This document shows positions 30,047 to 39,040 of a stretch of 64,000 nt of DNA, one piece after another. Under the pieces are notes generated by a model, which had not been told where the DNA came from, did not search any database, and saw only the letters and a list, made by a program, of their open reading frames with translations. The stretch comes from an uncultured delta proteobacterium (GTDB taxonomy: Bacteria; Myxococcota; Myxococcia; Myxococcales; Myxococcaceae). Location of the stretch: the NCBI GenBank assembly GCA_963713045.1, contig CAVQKE010000006.1, positions 128,001 through 192,000 on the forward strand, given 5' to 3'. Made by a program: the position numbers and the translations under genes. The first letter of the stretch is position 1, and each line of letters opens with the position of its first letter.

Positions 30047-30420
30047 CGCGCGTCTTCATCCCGTTTGCCGCCGCCATGCTGGCCACGGGATGGTTGGCTT
30101 GGGTGCTGGCGGCGTCCTGGCCGGACGTCACCTCCGACGCCCGACTGGGGATTCTGCTGGCGGTGGTGGCCGGGGTGGGTGGCCTGGCAGTGAAGTCCAG
30201 GGCGTTGCGGCGCGGGGTGAAGGGCGCGCTCGCCTGGACGGTGGCCCTCTTCTTCGGCCGTATGGCCCTGTGGGGAGGCGGCGCCCTGTGGTTGCGCGGG
30301 CATGGCGGCAACGCGGCGGCCTTTACCGCGGGCTTCTGCGCCGTCTTCGGCGTGGAGCTGTTGTTGGAAGTCTCCTTCATTCTGGTGGCCTCGCGCCGCC
30401 GGCAACGGGGTACGGCGTGA
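30043..30420 (+). CDS. ATP synthase protein I-like membrane protein
   Basis: Four hydrophobic segments, ATGA-coupled between the atpZ-like gene and atpB. Confidence 0.6.
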   Translation: MTRVFIPFAAAMLATGWLAWVLAASWPDVTSDARLGILLAVVAGVGGLAVKSRALRRGVKGALAWTVALFFGRMALWGGGALWLRGHGGNAAAFTAGFCAVFGVELLLEVSFILVASRRRQRGTA

Positions 30421-31460
30421 TTCGGTCGGTGGCGTTGTTGGGCATATTTTTCGCCTCGGTGGCGCTGGCCTCCGAGGAGTCGCCCGCGAAAGTGGAGAAG
30501 CGCCAGCTCGAGCCGGGCCAGCTGGAGAAAGTCGTGCCCCGCGAGGAGCCGCCGCAGGACACGGCAGGCTACATCCTTCACCACGTCATGGACTCCGACC
30601 AGCTGGAGTTTCAAGTCCCGCTGAAGGACACCGAATATAAATTCCGCTTCCCGGTGTGGCGGATTCCGCTGAAGGCTGGGGCCTGTCCGGCCAATCCGGA
30701 GCAGCATGCGTCCTTGGGCAAGGGCTGCCTGGACCTGAGCCTCAGCAAGATGAGTGCGATGCTTCTCCTTGGCTCGACGGTGCTGATTCTGGTCTTCCTC
30801 CTCGGCACGCGGAGACAGGACGGGGGCCTGGTGCCGCGCGGACGGCTGGCCAACTTCCTGGAGATGCTGGTGGTCTTCGTGCGCAACGAGATTGCCATCC
30901 CCAACATCGGCAAGGAGGCGGGACCGAAGTACACGCCCTACCTGTTGTCCGTCTTCTTCTTCATCCTCGCCCTCAACCTCTTGGGCCTCTTCCCGTGGAT
31001 GTCCAGCGCCACCGGGAACATCGCGGTCACCGGGGCGCTGGCCAGCGTGACCTTCGTGTTGACTCAGGTGGCGAGCATTCGGGCGGCGGGCTTCTGGGGC
31101 TACCTCAAGCATCTCACCGGGGGCGTGCCGGTGTACCTGTGGCCCATCATGATTCCGGTGGAAATCCTCTCTCTCTTCACCAAGCCATTCGCCCTGACTC
31201 TTCGTCTGTTCGCCAACATGCTGGCCGGGCACGTTGTCCTCTTTTGCCTCATCGGCCTCATCTTCTTCATCGGCCACATTGCCGTGGCCGGCATCGCGGT
31301 CCCGCTTGGAATCGCCATCTACTTTCTCGAACTTTTCGTCGCTTTCTTGCAGGCCTACATTTTCACGATGCTGTCCTCGCTCTACATCGGCATGGGGGTG
31401 GCCATGGGCCACGACGACGTGCACACCGCGGAGGGTGCGCATCCGTCCGAAGCGCATTAG
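30417..31460 (+). CDS. atpB: F0 ATP synthase subunit a
   Basis: NLLGLFP, KPFALTLRLFANMLAGH, ELFVAFLQAYIF. Confidence 0.95.
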   Translation: MIRSVALLGIFFASVALASEESPAKVEKRQLEPGQLEKVVPREEPPQDTAGYILHHVMDSDQLEFQVPLKDTEYKFRFPVWRIPLKAGACPANPEQHASLGKGCLDLSLSKMSAMLLLGSTVLILVFLLGTRRQDGGLVPRGRLANFLEMLVVFVRNEIAIPNIGKEAGPKYTPYLLSVFFFILALNLLGLFPWMSSATGNIAVTGALASVTFVLTQVASIRAAGFWGYLKHLTGGVPVYLWPIMIPVEILSLFTKPFALTLRLFANMLAGHVVLFCLIGLIFFIGHIAVAGIAVPLGIAIYFLELFVAFLQAYIFTMLSSLYIGMGVAMGHDDVHTAEGAHPSEAH

Positions 31461-31569
31461 AAGCCTCACACCCCGTGCCGAATGGTCGGCGATGGGAGGT
31501 AGTCCCTGGGGAAGAACGACCCCCCCCTGACGCAGGGTCCCTTTTGGTTGTCCTTGTAGGAAAAACGAA

Positions 31570-31803
31570 ATGACCAACCTTGCTCTCGCATTTCTCGGTG
31601 CCGGCATCGCCGCCGGCCTCTCTGTGCTCGGTGTCGGCGTCGGCATCGGCCAGCTGGCCGCCGGGGCAATGGAGGCGACCGGTCGTCAGCCGGCGTCGAC
31701 CAACGACATCCGCACGAGCATGCTCATCGCAGCGGCCCTCATCGAAGGCGTCGGCTTCGCCGGCATCGTGGTGGCCTTCCTGCTTGCTGGTAAGACGTCG
31801 TAA
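31570..31803 (+). CDS. atpE: F0 ATP synthase subunit c (H+-type)
   Basis: GxGxGxG, RQP loop, ALIEG; no Na+-type Q...E(S/T) signature. Confidence 0.96.
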   Translation: MTNLALAFLGAGIAAGLSVLGVGVGIGQLAAGAMEATGRQPASTNDIRTSMLIAAALIEGVGFAGIVVAFLLAGKTS

Positions 31804-31818
31804 CGCAAAAAGCTGGAC

Positions 31819-31852
31819 CTTCCTGCCGGGGAGGCTTCTCCCCGGGAGGAAG
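31819..31852 (+). other. Strong stem-loop between atpE and atpF
   Basis: CTTCCT-g-CCGGGGAG-gctt-CTCCCCGG-g-AGGAAG; no U-tract, so probably a stabiliser or attenuator favouring subunit c. Confidence 0.55.
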
Positions 31853-31886
31853 ACCTACTTCACCCTTCGCCTCGCGCCTGCTCCCC

Positions 31887-32417
31887 ATGCCCCTCCTGCT
31901 TGCTGAAAGCGGCTTTCTCGAAGTGAAGCCGGGCCTTATTTTTTGGACGCTGGTGACGTTTGCCATTGCCGCCTACGTGCTGAGGCGCGTTGCCTGGGGG
32001 CCCATCCTCGCCCGAGTCGACCAGCGGGAGAGCGCCCTGCAGGCGTCCATCGACGCGGCCAAGCACGAGCGAGAGGAGGCCGAGAAGCTTTTGGTCGCGC
32101 AAAAGGAAGCCATTGCCCAGGCGCGCCGAGAGGCGGCGGACATGGTGCGCAAGAATGCCGAGGACGTGGAGCGGCTGCGGGCGGAGCTTTTGGCCAAGGC
32201 CCGCGCGCAGGCCGAAGAGTTGAAGACCGAGGCCAAGCGCTCCATCGAGGAAGAGAAGGTGAAGGCGGTGGCTGAGGTGAAGGGTGTGGCTGCGGACCTG
32301 GCCATTCAGATTGCCGAGAAGCTGCTGGACAAGCAGCTGGACGCCGAGGAGCAGCGGAGGCTGGCCAAGCAATACGTGGACAGCCTCGGGCGAAGCGCCC
32401 CGTCGCGCCCCTCCTGA
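31887..32417 (+). CDS. atpF: F0 ATP synthase subunit b
   Basis: PGLIFWTLVTF, AWGPI, long charged helix, IAEKLL. Confidence 0.94.
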   Translation: MPLLLAESGFLEVKPGLIFWTLVTFAIAAYVLRRVAWGPILARVDQRESALQASIDAAKHEREEAEKLLVAQKEAIAQARREAADMVRKNAEDVERLRAELLAKARAQAEELKTEAKRSIEEEKVKAVAEVKGVAADLAIQIAEKLLDKQLDAEEQRRLAKQYVDSLGRSAPSRPS

Positions 32418-32421
32418 CGGC

Positions 32422-33531
32422 GTGGCACTCAGCATCGGCATTGTCGGGCTGCCCAACGTCGGCAAGTCCACCCTCTTCAACGCGCTGTCCGCGGCCGGGG
32501 CCCAGGCGGCCAACTACCCCTTCTGCACCATTGAGCCCAACGTGGGCGTGGTGCCGGTGCCGGATGCTCGGCTGGACCAGCTGTCAGCGCTGGTGAAGCC
32601 GAAGCAGACGCTGCACGCCACGCTGGAGTTTCTGGACATCGCCGGCCTGGTCCGCGGCGCCTCCAAGGGGGAGGGCCTGGGGAACCAGTTTCTGGCCAAC
32701 ATCCGCCAGGTGGACGCGGTGCTGCACGTGCTGCGGTGCTTCGAGGACCCCAACGTCATCCATGTCGAGGGCAGCATCGACCCGCAGCGTGACCACGACG
32801 TGGTGGACACCGAGCTGTGCCTCAAGGACTTGGACACCGTCGACAAGCGCCGCGAGCGCACGCTGAAGGCGGCCAAGGCCGGAGGCAAGGCGGGGGATGA
32901 GGCCAAGGCCGAGCTCGCCCTGTTGGACCGAGTGAAGGCCGGCCTCGACGCCGCGCGGCCAGTGCGGGCCCAGGGGCTTTCCGCGCAGGAGAGGGTGCGG
33001 CTGCGAGACTTGTTTCTTTTGACCGACAAGCCCGTCCTCTACGTCGCCAACATCTCCGAGGCGCAGCTCGGCCGCGAGGCGCAGGACCAAAAGGTGCAGG
33101 CGGTGCGCCAAATTGCGGAGGCCGAAGGGGCTGAAGTGGTGGTGCTGGCCGCGGCCATCGAGGCCGAAATCCAGCAGCTTCCCCCGGAGGAGCGGCCGGC
33201 CTTCCTGGCCTCGGTGGGCCTCGGCGAGCCCGGACTGCACAAGGTGGTCCGCGCCGGCTACGCGCTGCTCGGACTGCAAACCTACTTCACCGTCGGCGAA
33301 GAGGAGTGTCGCGCCTGGACGTTTCACCAGGGGGCGAAGGCGCCCGAGGCGGCCGGCGTCATCCACTCCGACTTTGAAAGGGGCTTCATCAAAGCCGAAG
33401 TCTTCGACTGGAAGGACTTACTGAAGTACGGCAGCGAAGCGGCGGTGCGGGAACGGGGCCTGCTGCGCGTCGAAGGCCGCGACTACGTGGTGCAGGACGG
33501 CGACTGCATGCACTTCCGCTTCAACGTTTAG
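32422..33531 (+). CDS. ychF: Redox-regulated ATPase YchF
   Basis: GIVGLPNVGKSTLFN, NYPFCTIEPN, DIAGLV, HFRFNV. Confidence 0.96.
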   Translation: MALSIGIVGLPNVGKSTLFNALSAAGAQAANYPFCTIEPNVGVVPVPDARLDQLSALVKPKQTLHATLEFLDIAGLVRGASKGEGLGNQFLANIRQVDAVLHVLRCFEDPNVIHVEGSIDPQRDHDVVDTELCLKDLDTVDKRRERTLKAAKAGGKAGDEAKAELALLDRVKAGLDAARPVRAQGLSAQERVRLRDLFLLTDKPVLYVANISEAQLGREAQDQKVQAVRQIAEAEGAEVVVLAAAIEAEIQQLPPEERPAFLASVGLGEPGLHKVVRAGYALLGLQTYFTVGEEECRAWTFHQGAKAPEAAGVIHSDFERGFIKAEVFDWKDLLKYGSEAAVRERGLLRVEGRDYVVQDGDCMHFRFNV

Positions 33532-33714
33532 TGTCGCCGGCCGCCGGCGCCGGCCTGGTGGGGGGTGGTGTCGGCGCTTCAGGCGCCTCGTGACGCGTTA
33601 CGAGATGAAGGCCGAGAATTACCTCGGCCTGCTGCAGCTCGCTTCCCTCGTAATTCTCCTGAGGAAGTTATGAGATGCGTTCTAGTCTTCGCCCCGTTCC
33701 TTAGGACGGGGAGG

Positions 33715-34185
33715 ATGATGGCGACGTCCATCGAACGCCTGGTGGAGCTCGGCCTCCTCCGCGCGGGCAAGCGCGCCCCAGAAGGCAGCCCGTCACTGCG
33801 CGCGCTGTGCGCCGCGGGAGTGGTGGAGGGTGGGCTGTCGGTCGCCTCGGACATCCGGCCGACGGACTTGGTGGGCCCCCTGTGCAGCTACCTCGGCGGC
33901 CCAGCGGCCCGCCTTCGCGTGCTGGAAGCGCTCAGCGAGCCGGCGGAAGTCTGGGTGCTGGTGGGGGGGAAAGAGGAGCGCTGGCCAACGCCGGACGTGG
34001 CAGCGCTGGTGACGCACCTCAACCGCTGTTACCGGCGGGAGCCGCAGGTGCCGGCCATTGCCAGGCTCGGCATCTTTGAAGACGCTTGGCAGCTTTGGTG
34101 CATTTCAAAACGCGTGCTGACTGTCGTGCTGCGGGAGAAGTTTTTCGAGGCCGAGAACTCGGCCGAGCTCTCGGCCATCGAATAG
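33715..34185 (+). CDS. Hypothetical protein
   Basis: GGAGG RBS before ATGATG; 156-aa ORF, no recognised motif. Confidence 0.65.
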   Translation: MMATSIERLVELGLLRAGKRAPEGSPSLRALCAAGVVEGGLSVASDIRPTDLVGPLCSYLGGPAARLRVLEALSEPAEVWVLVGGKEERWPTPDVAALVTHLNRCYRREPQVPAIARLGIFEDAWQLWCISKRVLTVVLREKFFEAENSAELSAIE

Positions 34186-34197
34186 AAGCGTCGAGGG

Positions 34198-34386
34198 TTA
34201 GGAGAGGTGGGCGGCGGCGACGAAGCCCACCTGGGCATGGCTGGCCGCCGACGCGGCGAGACCGCCAGACTTCACCGCTTCGGCCACCAGGGCCGCTGCG
34301 CCGAGTGCGTAGAAGAGACACAGCGCGATGACCAGCAGGGACAACCCGAAACTCTCGTAGCGCTTCTCGGCAACGATGGAATTCAT
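34198..34386 (-). CDS. Small single-TM protein (62 aa)
   Basis: GAGGAG RBS; TM segment LLVIALCLFYALG similar to the 53635-53790 protein. Confidence 0.65.
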   Translation of the reverse strand: MNSIVAEKRYESFGLSLLVIALCLFYALGAAALVAEAVKSGGLAASAASHAQVGFVAAAHLS

Positions 34387-34533
34387 GGCGCAACACTCCT
34401 CATGGGTGGGCCGCCCTCTTCGACCGCCTACCCGTGTGAAGCACGCTCGAGCCGGTGCGCCATTGCGTGACGTCGCGGTGTCGCGCGGGGCTGCGAGCGG
34501 ACAGCAGGGCTGTTACAGCTGCCAACCTCCTGT

Positions 34534-35706
34534 ATGCCCAAGCCCTTTCCGCGCCGACGACGGCTGCTGTCCTTCGTCCTCGTCGTCACTGCCGTCTTCG
34601 CGCTGTTGCACCTTTACCCCGGGCTGCGTCTGTTGTCCGACACGCACCTCACCGCTGCCTGGACTGCTTTCGGCTGGGCGCTTCTCGGCCTGGCGGTGGC
34701 GGCGGTGCCGGCAGGCTTCTTCCTCAGCCGTGCCGTCGAAAACCGTCTCACCCAAGCTCTCTCCGCCTTCTCCACCTTCTGGCTGGGGGCAGCGGGCATG
34801 CTTCTGACTGCAACCTTGGCCACCGACGCGGGCCGGCTGGTGTGGGACGTCGCACGCGGCTTTCCGCAGGGCGCGGCGCGGCTGCACGAAGCGAGGCTGC
34901 AAGCGCTGGTGCTGTTGGGCCTGGCCATTCTTCTGACGGGATGGTCGCTTCTCAGTGCGGCGTGGGTGCTGAAGCTGCGCCGGGTGACGGTGCGCCTGTC
35001 GGGTCTGGGCAGTGGCCTGGAGGGGTTGCGCATCGTCCAAATTTCCGACCTGCACATTCACCGGCCCCTGGACCGGCAATTTCTCCGCCGCGTGGTGGCC
35101 AAGGTGAATGCCCTCGCCCCGGACGTGGTGGCGGTGACGGGCGACTTGGTGGACGGGCTGGTGGCAGAGGTGCGCGACTTCATCGCCCCGCTGGGCGAGC
35201 TACGTGCGCGCTTCGGCGTCTACTACGTGACTGGCAACCACGAATACTACTGGGGTGGTCCGGAATGGGAGGCAGAAGTCGACCGGCTGGGACTGATTGT
35301 GTTGCGCAACACCCACCGCGTCATCGCCAGGGACGGAAGTGAGCTGGCCCTGGGCGGCGTCCCGGACTTGCACGGCGCCCGCTTCCACCCGGACCACGCC
35401 TGCCGTCCGGACTTGGCCTTCGCCGGTGCACCGCCCGGCGTGCCCCGGGTGCTGCTGGCGCACCAGCCGGCCGCCGCCCGCACGGCTTCCCAAGCCGGGG
35501 TCCATCTACAATTGTCGGGACACACCCACGGGGGACAGATTTTTCCCTTTCACCTCATCGTCTGGCTGAGTCAGCCGGTGCTGAGTGGCCTGCGAAAGCT
35601 GTGGGGCATTTGGGTGTACACCCACCGCGGGACGGGCACCTGGGGGCCGCGGATGCGGCTCGGGGCCGCGCCGGAAATCGCAGAAATTACCCTGCGCGCC
35701 GCTTGA
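34534..35706 (+). CDS. Membrane-anchored metallophosphoesterase (YkuE/YaeI-like)
   Basis: QISDLH, TGDLVD, GNHEYY, LAHQP, SGHTHGGQ. Confidence 0.9.
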   Translation: MPKPFPRRRRLLSFVLVVTAVFALLHLYPGLRLLSDTHLTAAWTAFGWALLGLAVAAVPAGFFLSRAVENRLTQALSAFSTFWLGAAGMLLTATLATDAGRLVWDVARGFPQGAARLHEARLQALVLLGLAILLTGWSLLSAAWVLKLRRVTVRLSGLGSGLEGLRIVQISDLHIHRPLDRQFLRRVVAKVNALAPDVVAVTGDLVDGLVAEVRDFIAPLGELRARFGVYYVTGNHEYYWGGPEWEAEVDRLGLIVLRNTHRVIARDGSELALGGVPDLHGARFHPDHACRPDLAFAGAPPGVPRVLLAHQPAAARTASQAGVHLQLSGHTHGGQIFPFHLIVWLSQPVLSGLRKLWGIWVYTHRGTGTWGPRMRLGAAPEIAEITLRAA

Positions 35707-35774
35707 GGCGGTGCCGGCAAAGGCCCCCAGATGCTTGCGCTTGCCGGCACAGGCGAGCGACAGTGCTTGGCCAG

Positions 35775-36155
35775 GTGCGACTCAGTGCGTGCGGCGGCGT
35801 CCTGCTCCTGACCCTTGGGTGCGCGAGCGGGCTGTATTACCCCACTGCCGAGGGCCGTCCGCCGGCCTTCATCGGCACCCCCGGCGCAGCCAAACCGGAC
35901 GGCTGCCAGGTGGTGCTGCTGCTTTCACGGCGGGACCGGCCGGCGGAGCCCATCGAGGACATTGCCACCGTCTCGGCGGAGGCCACCACCCTCGAGGAGT
36001 GCAAGCAGCAGCTGGTGCAGCGCGAAGCGTGCCGCTATGGCGGCGACGTCCTCTACGTCTTTGAGACGGGGCAGCTTTCGGTGGGCCTGCAGACGCCGGT
36101 GGTGTGGTGCGCGGCAAAGCTGGGGCGGCTGCTGGGCCCAGCGCACCCGCACTAG
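35775..36155 (+). CDS. Putative lipoprotein
   Basis: Lipobox LTLGC; REACRYGGDVL; the TAG stop lies in the IS target site. Confidence 0.6.
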   Translation: MRLSACGGVLLLTLGCASGLYYPTAEGRPPAFIGTPGAAKPDGCQVVLLLSRRDRPAEPIEDIATVSAEATTLEECKQQLVQREACRYGGDVLYVFETGQLSVGLQTPVVWCAAKLGRLLGPAHPH

Positions 36156-37034
36156 GGGGTGTCCCTAATTAAGCCACATCCGCATGCAGGCGATGTGGAT
36201 GAGGGCGAGGTAGTTGCGGGCCGTCTTTTCGAATCGACTGGAGAGTCGGCGAAAGCGTTTGAGGCCATGGAAGAAAACCTCCACCAGGTAGCGCAGAGCG
36301 TACAGCTGCCGGTCGGGCCTGTGCAGTTTCGCGCGGGTGGGGTGGGACCGGATGACGGGCTTCATCCCCAGAAATGCGATGGCATCGCGAAGATGCTCGG
36401 CGTCGTAACCACTGTCGGCGATGCATACCTTTCCAACTGCGTGGACGAGCAGGTCACCAGCCTTCGTCATCTCATGGTCCTGCCAAGGGCTCAGCTCGAT
36501 GTGTCTCGGTCGTCCCCGGGTGTCGACGAGGGCATGAATTTTCGTCGTAAAACCTCCTCAAGAGCGGCCCAGAGCATTGGATCGGACCCCCCTTTTCCGC
36601 CCGCGGCGTCTTGGTGCGCCCGGACGATGCTTCCATCGAGAATTGAGCCTTCGACATCGGGCTCAATTTGCAGTTCTTTGAAGAGCCGCTCCCAGATGCC
36701 GCGCTTCGACCAGTTGAACCGGTTGTACACGCTCTTCCATTTGCCGTACCGACGAGGGAGGTCTCGCCAGGGAACGCCGGTGCGAGTCAGCCAGAGTACT
36801 CCGCTGATGAATCTGCGCTCACCCTTGAGAGAGTGCCTTCCCCGTGGCCGGGGAAGCATGGGACGGATGCGCTCCCATTCTTTGTCCGTCAGCTCGTGGC
36901 GATGGTGCATAACAAGCGTTGATCAAATTTCGCGCCGCAGCACAACCCATGATCAGCCTCGCCGTCGATAGACTTCGTACCTCGCAGGCTTGCTCGCAGG
37001 CCCAATCAGACCTTCCCCTCTTTAGGGACACCCC
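36156..37034 (-). mobile_element. IS5-family insertion sequence (IS427-like), about 0.88 kb
   Basis: Perfect TIRs GGGGTGTCCCTAA (36156-36168) and TTAGGGACACCCC (37022-37034), flanked by CTAG at 36152-36155 and 37035-37038. Confidence 0.92.
36165..36910 (-). pseudogene. IS5-family transposase, two-frame, with a premature stop
   Basis: OrfA LTDKEW, TGVPWRDLP, DGSIVRAHQ; slippery AAAAGGGGGG at 36596-36587; the -1 frame reads NALGRS*GGFTTKIHA (TGA at 36560-36558), then ADSGYD and KRFRRLSSRFEK. Confidence 0.85.
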
Positions 37035-38036
37035 CTAGCCGCGGCTGGCGCGTGCCGCCTTGGGGGGGCGCGGCGCCGCCAATTCGGCGGCCCGCAGCAG
37101 CGCGGTCGCCATCGGCGTGCTGCTGGCCTGTCCGGTGCCAGCCAGCGCATAGGCCACGCCGTGGTCCGGAGAGGTGCGCGGCACGGGCAAGCCCAAGGTG
37201 ACATTCACCGTCTTCTCAAAGTCCAGGGCCTTGGCCACCACCAGGCCCTGGTCGTGGTACATGACGAGGACCGCGTCGTAGGGCATCCGCTCCGGGTGCG
37301 CGAAGAGGCCATCCGCCGGCAGCGGGCCGGTGCAGTCGACGCCGCGCCTTCGGGCGCGGGCCACCGCCGGGGCGATGACGCGGACTTCCTCATCGCCGAG
37401 GAGGCCGCCTTCGCCGGCGTGGGGGTTGAGGCCGCTGACGGCCAAGCGCGGCGGCCGCCGAAACCTTGGACGGAGCGCCGCGGACAACAGCTGCAGCTGC
37501 GCGGTCAACCGCGTCACGCTCAGGGCGCCGGGGACGTCGCGCAAGGGCAGGTGGTTGGTGGCCAGCGCCACCCGGACGCGCGGTCCATCCATCAACATCA
37601 ACACCTCACAGCCGAAGGCTTCGGCCAGAAGTTCGGTGTGGCCATAGAAGCGAACGCCGGTGCGGAGAATCTGCTCCTTACTGACGGGGGCGGTGCACAG
37701 CGCGTCCACGCTGCCCGCCTTGGCGGCCGCCACCAGCGCCTGGACGTAGGCCAGCTGCGCCTTGGCCCCGGCCCGCGAGGGCTTGCCCGGTCGGACGTCC
37801 TTGGCTGGAAGTTGCGTCACCTGCACCAGGGCCGGGCCGCTGGCTGGCGTCAGTTCCCCCGGGGTGAGGCGGGCCAAGGGGCGGAAGGCGGCGAAGCCTT
37901 CCAGCAGCGGGCCGTCGCCGAAGACAATGGGGACCAGCGCCGCCTGGACGTCTGGGCGGGCGAGCGCCGCGGCGAGGACTTCCGGGCCAATCCCCGAGGG
38001 GTCGCCCATCGAGATGCCCACCCGGGGGAGTGTCAC
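37035..38036 (-). CDS. pdxA: 4-hydroxythreonine-4-phosphate dehydrogenase
   Basis: MGDPSGIGPE, GHTELL, LNPHAGE, MYHDQG, RTSPDHG. Confidence 0.95.
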   Translation of the reverse strand: MTLPRVGISMGDPSGIGPEVLAAALARPDVQAALVPIVFGDGPLLEGFAAFRPLARLTPGELTPASGPALVQVTQLPAKDVRPGKPSRAGAKAQLAYVQALVAAAKAGSVDALCTAPVSKEQILRTGVRFYGHTELLAEAFGCEVLMLMDGPRVRVALATNHLPLRDVPGALSVTRLTAQLQLLSAALRPRFRRPPRLAVSGLNPHAGEGGLLGDEEVRVIAPAVARARRRGVDCTGPLPADGLFAHPERMPYDAVLVMYHDQGLVVAKALDFEKTVNVTLGLPVPRTSPDHGVAYALAGTGQASSTPMATALLRAAELAAPRPPKAARASRG

Positions 38037-39040
38037 TGCCCCGTCTTTTTCACAGCCAACGGCGGCGGCCAGAGCTTGACCTCGATGACGGCGGCGGCCC
38101 GCAGCTGCTTCACGTACTGCAGCGAGGCGCGCTCGCTTTGCTCGCGCCGCAGCTTGTCCTCAATCTGCGGCTTGAGGTCGGCCAAGGGCAACAGGCCGAT
38201 GGCGCGCACTTCCTCCAGCTTGAGGACGTGCCAGCCGATGCTGGTGCGCACCGGGTCCGACACTTCGCCCGTCTTCAGGCTGAAGGCCACTTTCTCGAAG
38301 GCGGGCACCATCGCCCCGTGCCGGAAGAAGCCCAAGTCGCCGCCGTCCGAGGCGCTCGAGCCTTGGCTTTCTTGCTTGGCCAGCGTCGCGAAGTCCACGC
38401 CCGGCTGGCGGGCTTCGGCGGCGATGGCCTTGGCGGTGGCGTAGGCCTTGTCCACGTCGGCCTGGGGCGCATTCTGGGCCACCGGCACCACAATGTGGCG
38501 CACGTGCACCTCCACCTCCTTGCCTTCCTCGCGCGCCATTCGGTTGTATTCGCTTTGGATGTCGACGTCGTTCACCTTGACCAACTTGGCCACCTTCTCC
38601 CGAAGGAGCTGGTAGCGGCCCAGCTGCTTGCGCATTTGCTCGCGGTACTCGGTGACCGTCAGGCCCTCATTGGCCACTGCCTGGGCGAATTGGTCGGCGG
38701 TGAAGTTGTAGCGCTTCATCACCTCCTGGACGCTCATGTCCACCTGGTGGTCGTCGATGGTGATTTTGGATTCCTTCAACTCCTGGTCGAGGACCCGCTC
38801 GTCAATCAACTGCTCGAGCACCTTGTGGGTAATCTCGTCGTGCTTCTTGGCGCGTTCCTCGGGCGGCGTCTCCTGGTCCGCGCGCTGGAAGTCAGCGGCG
38901 GCGCGCTTCATCACATCGCCCAGGGTAATAATCTCGTTGTTCACCACCGCCGCCACGCGGTCCACCATCTCGGCCAGGGCGGTGGTGGCCAGCAGTACCG
39001 CGCCCAGGCCCACTGTCCGGTGGAGTGCGGAGCGCGTCAC
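38033..39040 (-). CDS. surA: SurA-like chaperone / parvulin PPIase
   Basis: VDRVAAVVNNEIIT, VRHI, GGDLGFF, GWHVLK; upstream of pdxA. Confidence 0.8.
   Translation of the reverse strand: MTRSALHRTVGLGAVLLATTALAEMVDRVAAVVNNEIITLGDVMKRAAADFQRADQETPPEERAKKHDEITHKVLEQLIDERVLDQELKESKITIDDHQVDMSVQEVMKRYNFTADQFAQAVANEGLTVTEYREQMRKQLGRYQLLREKVAKLVKVNDVDIQSEYNRMAREEGKEVEVHVRHIVVPVAQNAPQADVDKAYATAKAIAAEARQPGVDFATLAKQESQGSSASDGGDLGFFRHGAMVPAFEKVAFSLKTGEVSDPVRTSIGWHVLKLEEVRAIGLLPLADLKPQIEDKLRREQSERASLQYVKQLRAAAVIEVKLWPPPLAVKKTGQ

Noticed and set aside
34439..34455. Sigma-54-like element upstream of the 62-aa microprotein
   Set aside because: GG-to-GC spacing is 9 nt, not the required 10.
36558..36560. 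Selenocysteine or read-through at the transposase TGA
   Set aside because: The position is a conserved Arg; a CGA to TGA transition is simpler.
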